Shown: positions 1 to 10,820, counted from the first letter of the stretch. The stretch: 64,000 nt of DNA from Eledone cirrhosa (GCA_964016885.1 OZ024741.1:93496001-93560000); one strand, 5' to 3'. The notes: a model not told the origin generated them from the sequence alone. Numbers and translations: made by a program.

Positions 1-560
1 TTATTGAAATATTCGAAGCGTTACTGCTTCGGACGTGATAAAAAGGAAATTATATAGAGAATTTTAAATATTTCGAAAGCACAAGCAATCGTCAAGGACT
101 TTATATACTAATTCCTTTCTTTCTGTGTTCATGGCAGCTGAGTATCAACCATCCATAAATAATTTTTACCCGCTAAGAATCTCAATGGGGAAAATTTTCA
201 GTTTCTGCCACTATTACAAAACAAGGTTATCTTGTAGTTACCCGCATTAAATTATTTTTTTTAAAAGTCGGTAGTGTCGGCCCCATGAACTTCATTTGTT
301 TTCTAATTTGATAACTATGACTATGGTGGTGGTGGTGATACGGAAATAAACGAAGGTTTGACGATTGAGAAGGTTGAAGAGCACTAAACTAGTCATGCCA
401 AATGCATCTTTAGTGTTCTTTCTGTAGAAACCAATAACAGTCACAATTAAATAGCTAGTAACTAAGAGGCGCCATAGTAATCGATATATAGTTTTAAATG
501 AGGATGGAGAAATATGGAGTAGAACAGATTATTGTAAGGTTCTGTTGATCATTTACTTAC

Positions 561-698
561 CCGGACCACACCTTTAATAAAACCATGACGTTCTGCAAAA
601 TCAATAGCACGAAGCTTAGCTGCTCCCTTTCTGTGTTTGGTGTGGGCACGGAAGACGCTTCCAGCTCCCTTACGTTGGGACCTAATAACTCGTCCCAT
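561..698 (-). CDS. RPL8: 60S ribosomal protein L8 (uL2), first coding exon; gene continues off the left edge of the window
   Basis: Minus strand from ATG at 698 translates [46 protein letters not shown], the eukaryotic RPL8 N-terminus. Acceptor ttttgtttttcAG precedes 705 and GTAAGT follows 561. This frame is not in the supplied ORF track. Confidence 0.97.
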
Positions 699-1233
699 CT
701 TGCGTCTGAAAAACAAAAGTTTACAAAACGATAAAAATTAATATGTAATGTCAACTTTATTATGGTATGTGGAGGTACATTAATTATCTGGTCGGATTTA
801 CGAAAATTTCCGTACGTATAAATTCTAAGGGCATGTAATTCATTACATTTGTAACACGTTTTTAATGAAATCCTTTAGTTCTTTTTTGTTCGTTGTAGTA
901 TATGTATTTTTGAAGTTATCGAGCGTGCGGTATCCCATTATTTGCAGTTTAGTCAACGACACTGCTCCCGTGATAAATATATTGCTAGCACAATGTGGTG
1001 TAAATTCATACAAAACAGTACTTAACACATAAGACAATATCTCTCGTTTACTCAATTTCAAGAGAGGGTAATATTTTGACTTTATTGCATAGATGCTGAC
1101 CAATAGTGTTTAAACAGTAACTAATTATCTAAAAACAATGTAATCTATAAGAACATACTCGCCTGCCAACCAATAATATATTTTAATAGTAATCAAATTG
1201 CAAAATTAAAAAAAATATGCTATAAATAAAAAT

Positions 1234-1333
1234 AATTGTTTCTACTTTTGGCACAAGGCCAGCAATTACTAAGTGCATTACTGGTACTTTATTTTATCGA
1301 CCCCGGAAGGATGAAAGGCAAAGTTAACCTCGT
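1234..1333 (-). mobile_element. tRNA-derived SINE, 3' part (family with gaggttaactttgcctttcatcc...gataaaataaagtaccag core)
   Basis: Reverse complement matches the copies at 17820, 28955 and 3500. Confidence 0.8.
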
Positions 1334-2104
1334 TAAATAAAAATAATAACGACAGATTCAAATATGAAATTTTACACAGGATGCATTTGAAATTCTTTTT
1401 CACATTTAATTTCACTATAAAATCGGAATATTTGAGCCTCAAATTGTTTAGCAATGATAGCTCGACCCTGATCGAATGAACTAGCGATCAAAGACGTTCC
1501 AGCTTTGACCACCATCCCGATTTCAAATATATATCTAAGACTATATGGGGTGATTAAAACGGGATGAGTGCTATTTCTAGCAGGTCGAACGAACAACCGC
1601 AATAAAGTACACACGCTGGCAGGTTGATTTCTAAAGTGTTGCGGATAACGCCAGATTCTAGAAAATATAGGTTTTATTTAACTACATAATATATTTCTTC
1701 GAAAGATATTCCAAGACATAGTATGCTCGGAAAATATAATTTTTAACAAGAGATTAGTCAAACGTGTATAATTCAAAGGAACCATACATAACTGTATAGA
1801 TCCAAGAATTGTGTAGATATTTCACGATTTATGCATATAAAATTAAACCAGCGAAATGATAATAAAAATAAAGTATTATAAGTATATTTTAAAGATGTGG
1901 GTATACGCTTTGCCGATTATATGAACGAATTATAAATTGGACACATGTAATATTTTAAGTTAATAAATATAATCGCAATAGTACCTGTGCTTAAAATCTT
2001 AGTTGAGTAATATTTATAAATGTTACTACAATCAAATTAATATGTTTTTCAGCTTAAAGAAGCGATAAAAATATTGATGTTAACAGATATATAAGAGAGA
2101 CAAA

Positions 2105-2460
2105 TTTTTTACTTACCACAAATTATACGAGTTAATCTAAGAAAGGAAGTACAAAAGTTGCATGCGCAGAACTTCTATTTCCTGCACATTGTTTCGTATT
2201 TTACGAAATCTAATTAAAAAAAACAACTAACATTTTTATATATATTTATATCGTAATCAAATTTAGTAATATGTGTGTATATGTATATATATATATATAT
2301 ATATACATATTACAATATACTAATATAAACCTGTTTTTTGTTTTTTTGTAACTAGATTTCGTAAAATACGAAACATAGTGCAGGAAATAGAAGTTCCGTG
2401 CATGTAACTTTTGTAGTTCTTTTTTTAGATTAATTGATTTACTTTGTGGTGAGTAAAAAA
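2105..2460. repeat. Imperfect inverted duplication of the RPL8 promoter/first exon around a (TA)n spacer
   Basis: 2105-~2235 is the near reverse complement of ~2325-2460. Example: tagatttcgtaaaatacgaaac..gtgcaggaaatagaagttc occurs in both arms. Confidence 0.93.
2117..2149 (-). promoter_or_regulatory. RPL8: RPL8 TCT initiator / 5'TOP non-coding first exon
   Basis: Minus strand cttcCTTTCTtagattaactcgtataatttgtg|GTAAGT. It matches the YYC+1TTTYY TCT motif typical of ribosomal protein genes (C at 2145) and is followed by a strong donor. TGCGCATGCA and CAGGAA motifs lie upstream. Confidence 0.75.
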
Positions 2461-2494
2461 CCTTTTCATACATACACAATAATAATAATAATTA

Positions 2495-2709
2495 CTTTTG
2501 ATTTAGGCACGAGGCCAACAATTTCTTTGGGGGTGGAGAGTCGATTAAATCGACCCAGTGTGTTACTGGTACTTTATTTTATCGACCCCATAAGGATGAA
2601 AGGCAAAGCTAACCTCGGCGGGATTTGAACTCAGAACGTAAAGGGCCGCAACTCTATGCTGCGAATCATGCTATCGACGCTCTACCGATTCTGCCAATCC
2701 ACCACCCTC
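2495..2709 (-). mobile_element. tRNA-derived SINE, near full length
   Basis: A-box-like ggattggcagaatcggtagagcg, B-box gagttcaaatccc, shared core and gtgcctaaat tail. Confidence 0.85.
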
Positions 2710-2711
2710 AA

Positions 2712-3197
2712 TAATAATGGCTTCATTTATTGGCCACAGGGGCCGACATATAGGGGACAATACAATAGACGCGAACAGTGGGGGTTTACATATAAAACAT
2801 GTAAAAAAAAAATAATAATAATAACAAAATAAGAAAAATACAATAAGAATTACCCAATAAGGGAGGATAACCACCTAGTGTTGTCTCAGTTACCCCACCA
2901 ATCCTGAACCGCCTGACTCTTCGAGGGTACCCGGGAAGGGTACCTCTCTCAAATTCACCAGTCTACAGGCACATGATCAGAGTAGGCACACTCACACGGG
3001 CCATTCTCGCCATATTCACCCACCTATTAGCAAATGTACTGGGGGGGGGGGGACTTCTCTCACCACCCTCACCTTCCTTTCCAAGTGAAACTTGAAAAAG
3101 TTCATGAGGCTTTGGCCGAAGAGAAAAGTGTCTGTCTTCAGTCCTTTCAACCTGGTCCACCATAAACCTCTTTCGCTACTGCCACCAGACAGGAAAT
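2712..3197 (-). mobile_element. L1/Tx1-like LINE 3' end (ORF2 C-terminus, 3'UTR, AATAAA, (ATT)n tail)
   Basis: Frameshifted peptide ...LVAVAK..WWTRLKGLKTDTFLFGQSLMNFFKFHL...FANRWVNMARMARVS, then a T-rich UTR and ccaataaatgaagccattattatt. Confidence 0.55.
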
Positions 3198-3492
3198 AAT
3201 AAGTATGGATGAGGTGTCAAATTTTCGTTAAGTTTATTCGTGATGCGCGTTTTACAATTGATCAGCTCAATATTCGATCTCCATCGATTGGGCCCGACTC
3301 TAGAATCAAAAGCTCATCAAACTACTGTTAACCAAATGATGGAATGATTCCCGTACCGCAAAAAAAAAAAAAAAAACGCTGATGAGCTCTTGATTCCAGG
3401 ACTGGGCCCGATCGATATAAATCGAAACTTGAGCTGATCAATAATAAACTGAATAAACTTAACGAAAATTTGACACCTTGTCCATACTTATT
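3198..3492. mobile_element. Foldback MITE with long terminal inverted repeats
   Basis: aataagtatggatgaggtgtcaaattttcgttaagtttattc at the left pairs with gaataaacttaacgaaaatttgacaccttgtccatacttatt at the right; complementarity continues inward about 120 bp. Confidence 0.8.
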
Positions 3493-3499
3493 ATAATTT

Positions 3500-3618
3500 T
3501 GGCGTTCTGAGTTCAAATCCCGCCGAGGTTAACTTTGCCTTTCATCCTTACGGGGTTGGTAAAATAAAGTACCTATAATACACTGAGATAATTACTGGCC
3601 TTGTGCCAAAAGTAAAAA
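3500..3618 (+). mobile_element. tRNA-derived SINE, 5'-truncated
   Basis: gttctgagttcaaatcccgccgaggttaactttgcctttcatcc...ggccttgtgccaaaag. Confidence 0.8.
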
Positions 3619-3739
3619 ATTATTATTATTACACTCTGCTTAGTACAACTCCGAAGTACATAGAGTAGTCACTTTGGTGAACCAACTAAATCCACGCTAC
3701 AATCCCTAAACTATATATATATATATATGTGTGTGTGAG

Positions 3740-4147
3740 AGGGAGATTCCTGGGTTTAATCGAAGGTAATACATAGAAGCCATGCTAAGAGTTTTGCAAT
3801 CGCTTGTCAGATTCAGATGTGTGATGATCGGATATGGCTGTTCGAAGCCTGCTAGAGACTTGCACTCCTTCGCACATTGACGACATCTATGGATCTCCCC
3901 TGCCTCAGGTTGCCTGTGAACCTTCACAATACTGTTCAGATCATAGTTCAGTTTCTCTCTGAACATGGCTGCAACTGTGGCTCCTGAGACCAGATTTGCT
4001 CAAGCAAATCTTTCCACACTTCTATTCAATGGAGAGGCCGATCGTTTCGAGAGATACATTAGGGCATTGCACATCCCATTTGATCTTCTCGTGCTCTATG
4101 CGTCTGTCCTAAAAATTATGGACCCCATCATTCACCATTCCAGAGCT
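3740..4147 (-). mobile_element. RTE-type LINE 3' fragment with C-terminal C2H2-like zinc fingers
   Basis: Degenerate peptides CGKICLSKSGLRSH and CRQCAKECKSLAG; ends in a CA/TA microsatellite. Confidence 0.6.
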
Positions 4148-4171
4148 AATTATATATATATATATATATAT

Positions 4172-5958
4172 AAGAATTAAAATACTAGTGTGTTGGAGTT
4201 AAACACCCTCTTCATATTATAGAAATGACAGTATAGGATATAGCTCAATGTAATTAAACAGAGCCGAAGAATTATAAAAAATAAACCAAAGAAGCCTTCA
4301 ATACATCAAAAGTCTTTATTAGCCAACAATGTTTCGTCCTATTAAGGACTCATCAGGGCAAGTAAAGCTACAAGAAGCACTATCGGCCAATACAAGCCAA
4401 AAACTCAGAAGAATATGGGGTATACATCTATTAAAGCTTAGGAAAGATATTAAGGAAAAGTTGGCTAAGAATAAGAGTGAGCAGTTACAAACATAGATAT
4501 GGACCAAATAGCAAGGAAGTGATTAACATGTTGAACCCACACTGCAAATATTGTATAATGCAAAATCTTGAAACACAAATGGTAATATAATGCAAGTATA
4601 ATATAATAAATAGATGGTGATGATAAAAAGCTTAATATATGTATATATATACATATATCTCTATACATATACACATTAGTACAAATACAAACTAACACTT
4701 ATTAAGTATTTAAATATATATATATATATATTGTTTACAGTATAATATAATTAAGATAAAAATAAGAATAAAGATAAAGATAAAAATAAAAATAATATAT
4801 AATTCCCTGTCAGTGTGCATAAACAATATAGAAACATTATAATAACAATATTATAATATATTGGCATCAAAAGATATACAAAATTACATCATACGCATAA
4901 TTTAAGGTTAACAAATAGTATAAAGTTTTACACAGGGTAAGAAAAACTCATATAGAACTAAATTGTGTCGAAAAAATTGTGTTGAAAATATATCTATACC
5001 ATTGTAACAAATACACGGAGGTCAAGTCATTTTACATTGGCATAAATATTACCAAAATATCACAAAATATTACAAAATATATTTACGTGGTTGACATACA
5101 GACATATATTAATGAAACTACATGGTCAGACAAACAGCGTGTGGTAGTAAAAAAATAAATTAAATAAACGGAAGATCGAAAAACAAAAACAAGTATATTT
5201 ACTTAGGTGTCACAGGCGGTTAAGTAAAAGAAAAAAAGATAGAAATGTAGATCAGAGAGTTGACTAGAGAAACCTTTTTAAATTAATTAATATTAAAAGT
5301 ATTTAAAATACATATTTAGTCACTTTAAAATTGGCTATTTAAGTCATCAAAACCGTATAAGTTTAAGATATCTCAATAAAATTATCAAGAATAGAGTAAA
5401 ATATGCTTCGTTCAGTCGAATAACGTTATCAAATAAAAGGACTCTAAATATAACTACGGTAGACCAATGGGAACAGAAAGAAGAGAGGTTATGGAGGATA
5501 GGAAGGAGCATAAAATTAAAATCAATATATTATATATCATAAAAAGGAGCATAAAGGTGTAATAGAAGGGGCGGATATTAAGTGTGTAGAGGAGGAGGTA
5601 CATTAGTTGAATGAGACTCCAACCAAAGTATTTAATAAGATATAAACCCATAAGGTGTTAGTAGTGAAACTATAATAATGCTTAAGACGATAGATAGAGT
5701 ATGGTAGCCAAAAGACTATGGAAACTAAAATCGAAAAGTAGTAAAAAAACTAATAATAATAAAGATGATGGTAATCAAAATGAACCTAAACAAAAAAGAT
5801 AAGGAAATATAGCAGCTAATGGATACGATTTAAACTACCAGAACTTTTAGGTCTATAATAGAAGAAAGAATTAGAAATGGTGTGGGGGCAGGAAGAAAAT
5901 ATCTCAGACTTTCTATTAAGCAAATATTAAGAAAATATCTCAGACTTTCTATAATTTT

Positions 5959-5960
<2 letters not shown>
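4172..5960 (-). mobile_element. Penelope-like element remnant (AT-rich, non-coding) bounded by (TA)n
   Basis: Carries a minimal type I hammerhead near its minus-strand 3' end and is flanked by (TA)n tracts. No ORF recognised and the boundaries are approximate. Confidence 0.45.
4322..4359 (-). ncRNA. Minimal type I hammerhead ribozyme
   Basis: Minus strand GCC-CUGAUGA-GUCC(uuaaua)GGAC-GAAA-CA(u)UG-UU-GGC: intact core, stem II, very short stem III, GUU cleavage triplet, stem I GCC/GGC. Confidence 0.75.
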
Positions 5961-6006
<46 letters not shown>

Positions 6007-6017
6007 TACATATTTAT

Positions 6018-6378
6018 AACGAAGGAAGTGTGGTAAGGAACCAGGTGGACCATAACGCACCACAGTACTCACTCGATACTTAGGGTAGTAGAGTGGGTAA
6101 TAGGATAAGAGTCAGGACCCCGAAAGCTGAGATCTGGCCACTGCTATGAAGGAATTTAACTATGTATACAAAACCTTTGACCACTCCCCGTGACAGAAAA
6201 GAAAAACAACAATTTTTAGAATTGTTTGATATGATACTACTGCTGTGTTTTCATTTCATTCCCATATATGGACTATACTCCTTGATAAGCTCAGCTAGAT
6301 TACAACCGTCCTACCACTTCTGTGTCTAGCTGTCGAAACGGCCGGAGCTCAGCCGTCGGGGTCCTGACTCTTTTCCTA
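6018..6378. mobile_element. Penelope-like foldback non-autonomous element (related copy at 9970-10160) with degenerate hammerhead at 6278-6347
   Basis: Inverted arms aagagtcaggaccccg..gctgag..ggcc and ggccggagctcagccgtcggggtcctgactctt; core ctcc-TTGATAA...GAAA-cg-gcc-ggag; sits in (TA)n. Confidence 0.55.
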
Positions 6379-6393
6379 TATATATATATATAT

Positions 6394-9144
6394 AGATTAT
6401 ATCCTTACCAGAAGACGTGACAGAGTGTCTGTTGTAAAGACTAAATCCCTCCGCCATGAAAAATGCACCTCCTAACATAGACTCATAGTCAGGACGAGAC
6501 GTACTCGACAACAGAGGAGGACTATCCTCAGGAGAAAAATATGGAGGCTAAAGGACCCCACAGCCAGTGATAAATTTAAAAGCATATTACTTGATGCTTT
6601 TGACAGTAATGAAGAGCAATTAGAGTTGTACAATATAGAGGAACAGTGGGAATTCCTGAAAGCTAACCTGCTGAAGGCGACAGATGAAATCTGTGGCTGG
6701 AGCAGACCTATAGGCAGGAGGAGAGTAACTTGGTGGTGGAACAGTAAGGTGGAGGAGTCAATCAAGGCCAAAAAGCAGGCTTGGAAAGTATGGTGGGATG
6801 GGGGAAGTAGAGAAGAATATCAAGTGACCAGGAGGGAAGCTAGGAGACAAGTGTACTTTGCAAGAAGGGAAGCAGAGGATAGAAAGTTCAAGCACGTTCT
6901 ACAACGTGAGGACCAAAAGCGTGAGGTGTTCAGGATTGCTAGGCAATGTGTCAAGGAAAACCGTGATATTGTAGGGGAGAAGTGTATCCTTAATGATGAT
7001 GGTGTACTTGCCATCACTGACGCTGATAAGAAGGTAGCTTGGAAGTGTCACTACGAAAGCTACTAAATGAGGAGAATAAATGGGAGAAAGACAGCCTCCC
7101 CCACATCGATCCAATAGAGGGATCAGCAGTGCAAGTTGAAGGTAGTATAATAAGTAAGCGATCAAAGATATGAAGACAGGCAAGGCGGCTGGGCCTTCGG
7201 AAATAGTTGCTGAAATGCTGAAAGCATCTGGAATGGTGGGACACACTATGGTCACCCGGACAGTAAACCAAGTCATACAGAATGGGGTTGTACCGAAGGA
7301 CTGGCGTAGCATCATCATCATTAACTGCTACAAGGGTAAAGGAGATGCCCTAGATAGGGGAAACTATAGAGGCATTAAATTAATTGACCAGGTCATGAAG
7401 GTCACAGAAAAAGTAATAGCGCAACTAATCAGAAAGCGAATTGATCTAGATGAAATGCAGTTCGGGTTTGTGTCAGGTAAAAGTACCACAGACGCTCTTT
7501 TCATTGTACGACAACTACAGGATAAGTACCTAGCTAAAATTAAACCCCTATACTTAGCTTTTGTTGACTTGGAGTAAGCCTTTGACAGAGTCCCATGCCC
7601 CATTATCTGGTGGGCTCTCAGAAAACTAGGTGTTGATGAATGGCCTGTGAGAGCTATACAAGCCATGTATAAAGAAACAGTCAGCAAGGTTAGAATTAAC
7701 AACGAATATAGTGAAGAGTTTAGCATCAAAGTTGGTGTTCATCAGGGCTCTGTCCTTACTCCCTCCTATTTATTATTGCCCTTCAAGCTATAACAGAGGA
7801 GTTCAAGACCGGCTGCCCATGGGAACTCCTATACGCAGATGATCTAACGCTCATAGCTGAATCAATGGCTGAACTAGAGAAGAAATTCCAAACATGGAAG
7901 CATGGCCTAGAATCAAAAGGCCTTAAAATTAACCTGTCTAAGACTAAAGTTCTAGTATGTAGGAAGGAAAATAGGGCACTGGTCCCATCTGGGAAATGGT
8001 AGGTAGAAACTCCATTTTATGTCCCAAATGCAAAGTATGGGTGCATAAAAGATGAAGGGGGATCACAGGTAAGCTAACTAAGAATATAGATTTTATATGT
8101 GGCCGGTGCTCAGGTGCACTAAGTAGCAGCAAGTGCCCACAGAATACTAGCTCATTCCATTGCACAGATGGTTCTATAGAAATAGTGGATACCTTCCGTT
8201 ACCTGGATGACAAAATCAGCAGTGGTGGAGGGTGCTCTGAAAATACAGTAGCTAGAGTCAGAACGGGATGGAAAAAGTTCAGAGAGCTTATACCACTATT
8301 GGCCACTAAAGGTTTCTCTCTAAAAATGAAAGGCAGGCTGTATGATGCCTGCATACGAACAGCAATGTTACATGGCAGTGAGACTTGGGCATTGTGTGCA
8401 GAGGATATACGCAGACTGGAGAGGAACGAAGCTTGCATGCTCCGTTGGATGTGTAATAGTAATATACGTGAACGGCAAAGCATAAATGAACTAAGTGAGA
8501 AATTAGGAATAAGAGGGATCAGATGCTGTTTACTTGAGAGAAGACAACGTTGGTATGGTCACGTGATGCGCATGAAAGACGACAGCTGTATAAAAAAGTG
8601 CAGGGCGATAAAAATAGACGGTAGCCACGGAGTAGACAGACCCAGAAAAACCTGGGACGACTTGATAAATTCTGACCTCACACACACCTCGCCAAGACAA
8701 TGTCACTAGACCGAGATCTTTGGCGCTATGCAGTAATACAGAAGACCCACCTTGCCTAAGTACAAAGCGAAACCTACAGTCAGTAGGCACCTCTTAACAA
8801 AAATACACCCCTGTCCCACTACCCCCACCCCATCCACACCACCCCTTTCGATGTAAAGTTATGTAGGTACCACAACATCCAGTCCTAAATAAATGAGGTC
8901 GTGTAGGTGTCACGACAAAAAAACACAGTCCATGCTGTAATGTGGCCGTGTAGGTAACACGGTAAAAACCTCTCAGTCCACACTTGTAAACGTGGTTGGT
9001 GTTAGGAAGGGCATCCAGCTGTAGAAAACCCGCCAGACAGTCCTATACGAGCAAGACAACCAATCTTGCCTCAAGTGGGAAAATTCCCGTCCAAACCCAT
9101 GCTAGCGTGGAAGATGGACGTTAAACGATGATGATGATGATGAT
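6394..9144 (+). mobile_element. RTE-clade LINE, 5'-truncated and disrupted (end of APE endonuclease, reverse transcriptase, Cys-rich finger, 3'UTR, (GAT)n tail)
   Basis: DYIL..HRL endonuclease end; KGKGD..NYRGIKL, QFGF, FVDLE, GVHQGSVL, YADD (7832-7843), MLHGSETW, RWYGHVMR. Several stops and frameshifts. Tail aggaagggcatccagctgtagaaa...ggacgttaaacgatgatgat. Confidence 0.93.
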
Positions 9145-9149
9145 ACATA

Positions 9150-9380
9150 CATAATAAACAACACAATATAATTATTCCATTACCAAAGCTTCTTCATCAG
9201 AGGAAATATTTATTTCATCTGATGAACGAGCTGGACGTTTCTGTAAGGATCGTCTAGTCTCCTGAAACCTTTGGTAATGTAATAATTATATTGTGTTGTT
9301 TATTATGAAATTAACTAGCTCTGTATTATACATAGAGCGCTCTTCTTTCTTTTACCTTTTCTACGGAAATACTTATCACG
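9150..9380 (+). mobile_element. Penelope-like foldback element
   Basis: Inverted arms cataataaacaacacaatataattatt..cattaccaaag and ctttggtaatg..aataattatattgtgttgtttattatg enclose a hammerhead. The 3' tail catagagcgctcttc...cggaaa is shared with 10430-10600. Confidence 0.6.
9216..9279 (+). ncRNA. Type I hammerhead ribozyme
   Basis: CAU-CUGAUGA-(a.gagcuggacg...cgucuagucuc.u)-GAAA-CC(uuu)GG-UA-AUG; GUA cleavage triplet. Confidence 0.65.
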
Positions 9381-9502
9381 CATATATATATATATATAAT
9401 ACTTTGGGAGGGTCATGCTGCCAATAAAATCACATGCACCTGTTCGTTTTCACTTCAATTAGTTGGTTGGTTTAATAACTGGATGGTTGTTTATTGTCAA
9501 AA

Positions 9503-9647
9503 CTCTTTCGTCACACATTCTGTGAACTCCTAAGTGACTAATTTGTTATGTTGTGTCCCTCCTTTATTCTGTCCTGGTGTAGAACACAACAAAGAGACAC
9601 AAAATAAATTAGTCACTGAGGAGGTCACAAAAAGTGTGACGAAAGAG
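9503..9647. repeat. Imperfect hairpin (about 50 bp arms), probably a foldback MITE
   Basis: ctctttcgtcacac..tgtga.ctcct.agtgactaattt pairs with aaattagtcactgaggaggtcaca..gtgtgacgaaagag. Confidence 0.7.
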
Positions 9648-9846
9648 CTGTTGTGACTAAAATTTCCGCACCTCTTTCTAGCGGAATAAAAGTCCACTTT
9701 TGTTTCTCTCTCTTGCTTTGGGTTGAACATGACTACACCATATGGTTTTCAGCTTGATGAAAGTTTTGTTGAATATAGACAGGTATATTGTTTTATATAC
9801 TGTTTTTGCCTCTGTATTTTATTTCGAAGAAAATCATCAGGAAAGC

Positions 9847-9890
9847 CTGATGAATTCTTTCGAATGAAACAATTCCAATCCTGTAAAAGC
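9847..9890 (+). ncRNA. Hammerhead core at an inversion junction (5' strand of stem I disrupted)
   Basis: CUGAUGA-AUUC(uuuc)GAAU-GAAA-CA...UG-UA-aaagcc, immediately preceded by the inverted copy tcatcaggaaagcc. A related copy lies at 61330-61530. Confidence 0.5.
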
Positions 9891-9969
9891 CATTTCTATA
9901 TTTAATATTTATACTCTGCTATATATTGAGTACCTTTCTTACTGTGCTTACCCTATATTTATATATATA

Positions 9970-10160
9970 ACAAAGAGGGTGTGGTAAGATACCAGGTTGA
10001 CCATAACGCACCAGAGTACTCAGTACTTAGGGAAGTAGAGTGGGTAATAAGAAAAGAGTCAGGAGCCCGACGGCTGAGCTCCGGCTGTTTCGACAGTTAG
10101 ATCCGGATCTAGATGTCGAACTGGCCGGAGCTCAGCCGCCAGAGGCCTGACTCTTTTCCT
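9970..10160. mobile_element. Penelope-like foldback element, same family as 6018-6378
   Basis: gtgtggtaag..accagg..gaccataacgcacca..gtactc head and palindromic aagagtcagg...cctgactctt body. Confidence 0.6.
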
Positions 10161-10439
10161 ATATATATATTATATACGTATTTGTGGTCACACATACACT
10201 GATATGCTTGCCCTCATATATGTACTTGCGCACATATTTTTTCACTATACACATGCATTTGTATATACACACATATGTACATTTGTGAGTGAATATACAC
10301 ACATTTATACACATACCCTAACTATATTTCCTTATATTTTTATATATCTCTTGCATTACTTTTATTTATATTCTTTTTGCCCGTTAAACTTTTGCCTTTT
10401 TTGAGGAGATTTTTCAAATATTTCACTATGTTTTAAATT

Positions 10440-10598
10440 GCCTTATCCGACGAACGAATGAGGACGTTTTTCGTATTCGTCTTATTCGGGAAACCTCTGG
10501 TAATGTATTGTTTATTATACATTAAATTTACCTAGAGCACTTACATAGAGCACTCTTCACTCCTATGACTTTTTCAATTTTCAACGGAAACTTCAATA

Positions 10599-10600
<2 letters not shown>
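10440..10600 (+). mobile_element. Penelope-like terminal remnant with degenerate hammerhead (CCGACGA...GAAA-CC-ucu-GG-UA)
   Basis: Same layout and 3' tail as 9216-9380; the core is mutated at two positions. Confidence 0.5.
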
Positions 10601-10650
<50 letters not shown>

Positions 10651-10759
10651 CAAAGAGATATTGAATTTGTTGGTAATTCAACAAATATATTTATAACATA
10701 TTCGAAGCACTCGACAGTTTTCTGGAGTATAATATCAATGATATTAATAAAACCATATT

Positions 10760-10820
10760 TATTCTATTATATATATTTCAAGGGTACCAAAACTTTGGTA
10801 CGCTTTCATCAGATAAAATA
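10760..10820 (-). ncRNA. Type I hammerhead ribozyme (minus arm)
   Basis: uauuuuau-CUGAUGA-aagcguacc(aaaguuuu)gguacccuu-GAAA-uauaua-UA-auagaaua. Confidence 0.65.

Noticed and set aside
557-754. Supplied 65-aa minus-strand ORF
   Set aside because: Wrong frame; the real reading is the RPL8 exon 698-561.
1-2110. Intronic snoRNA in RPL8 introns
   Set aside because: No paired C/D boxes seen on the minus strand; H/ACA RNAs cannot be excluded by eye.
3379-3440. CTGATGAG...CGAAAC hammerhead-like words
   Set aside because: No convincing stem II, stem III or stem I; the words are part of a MITE's inverted arm.
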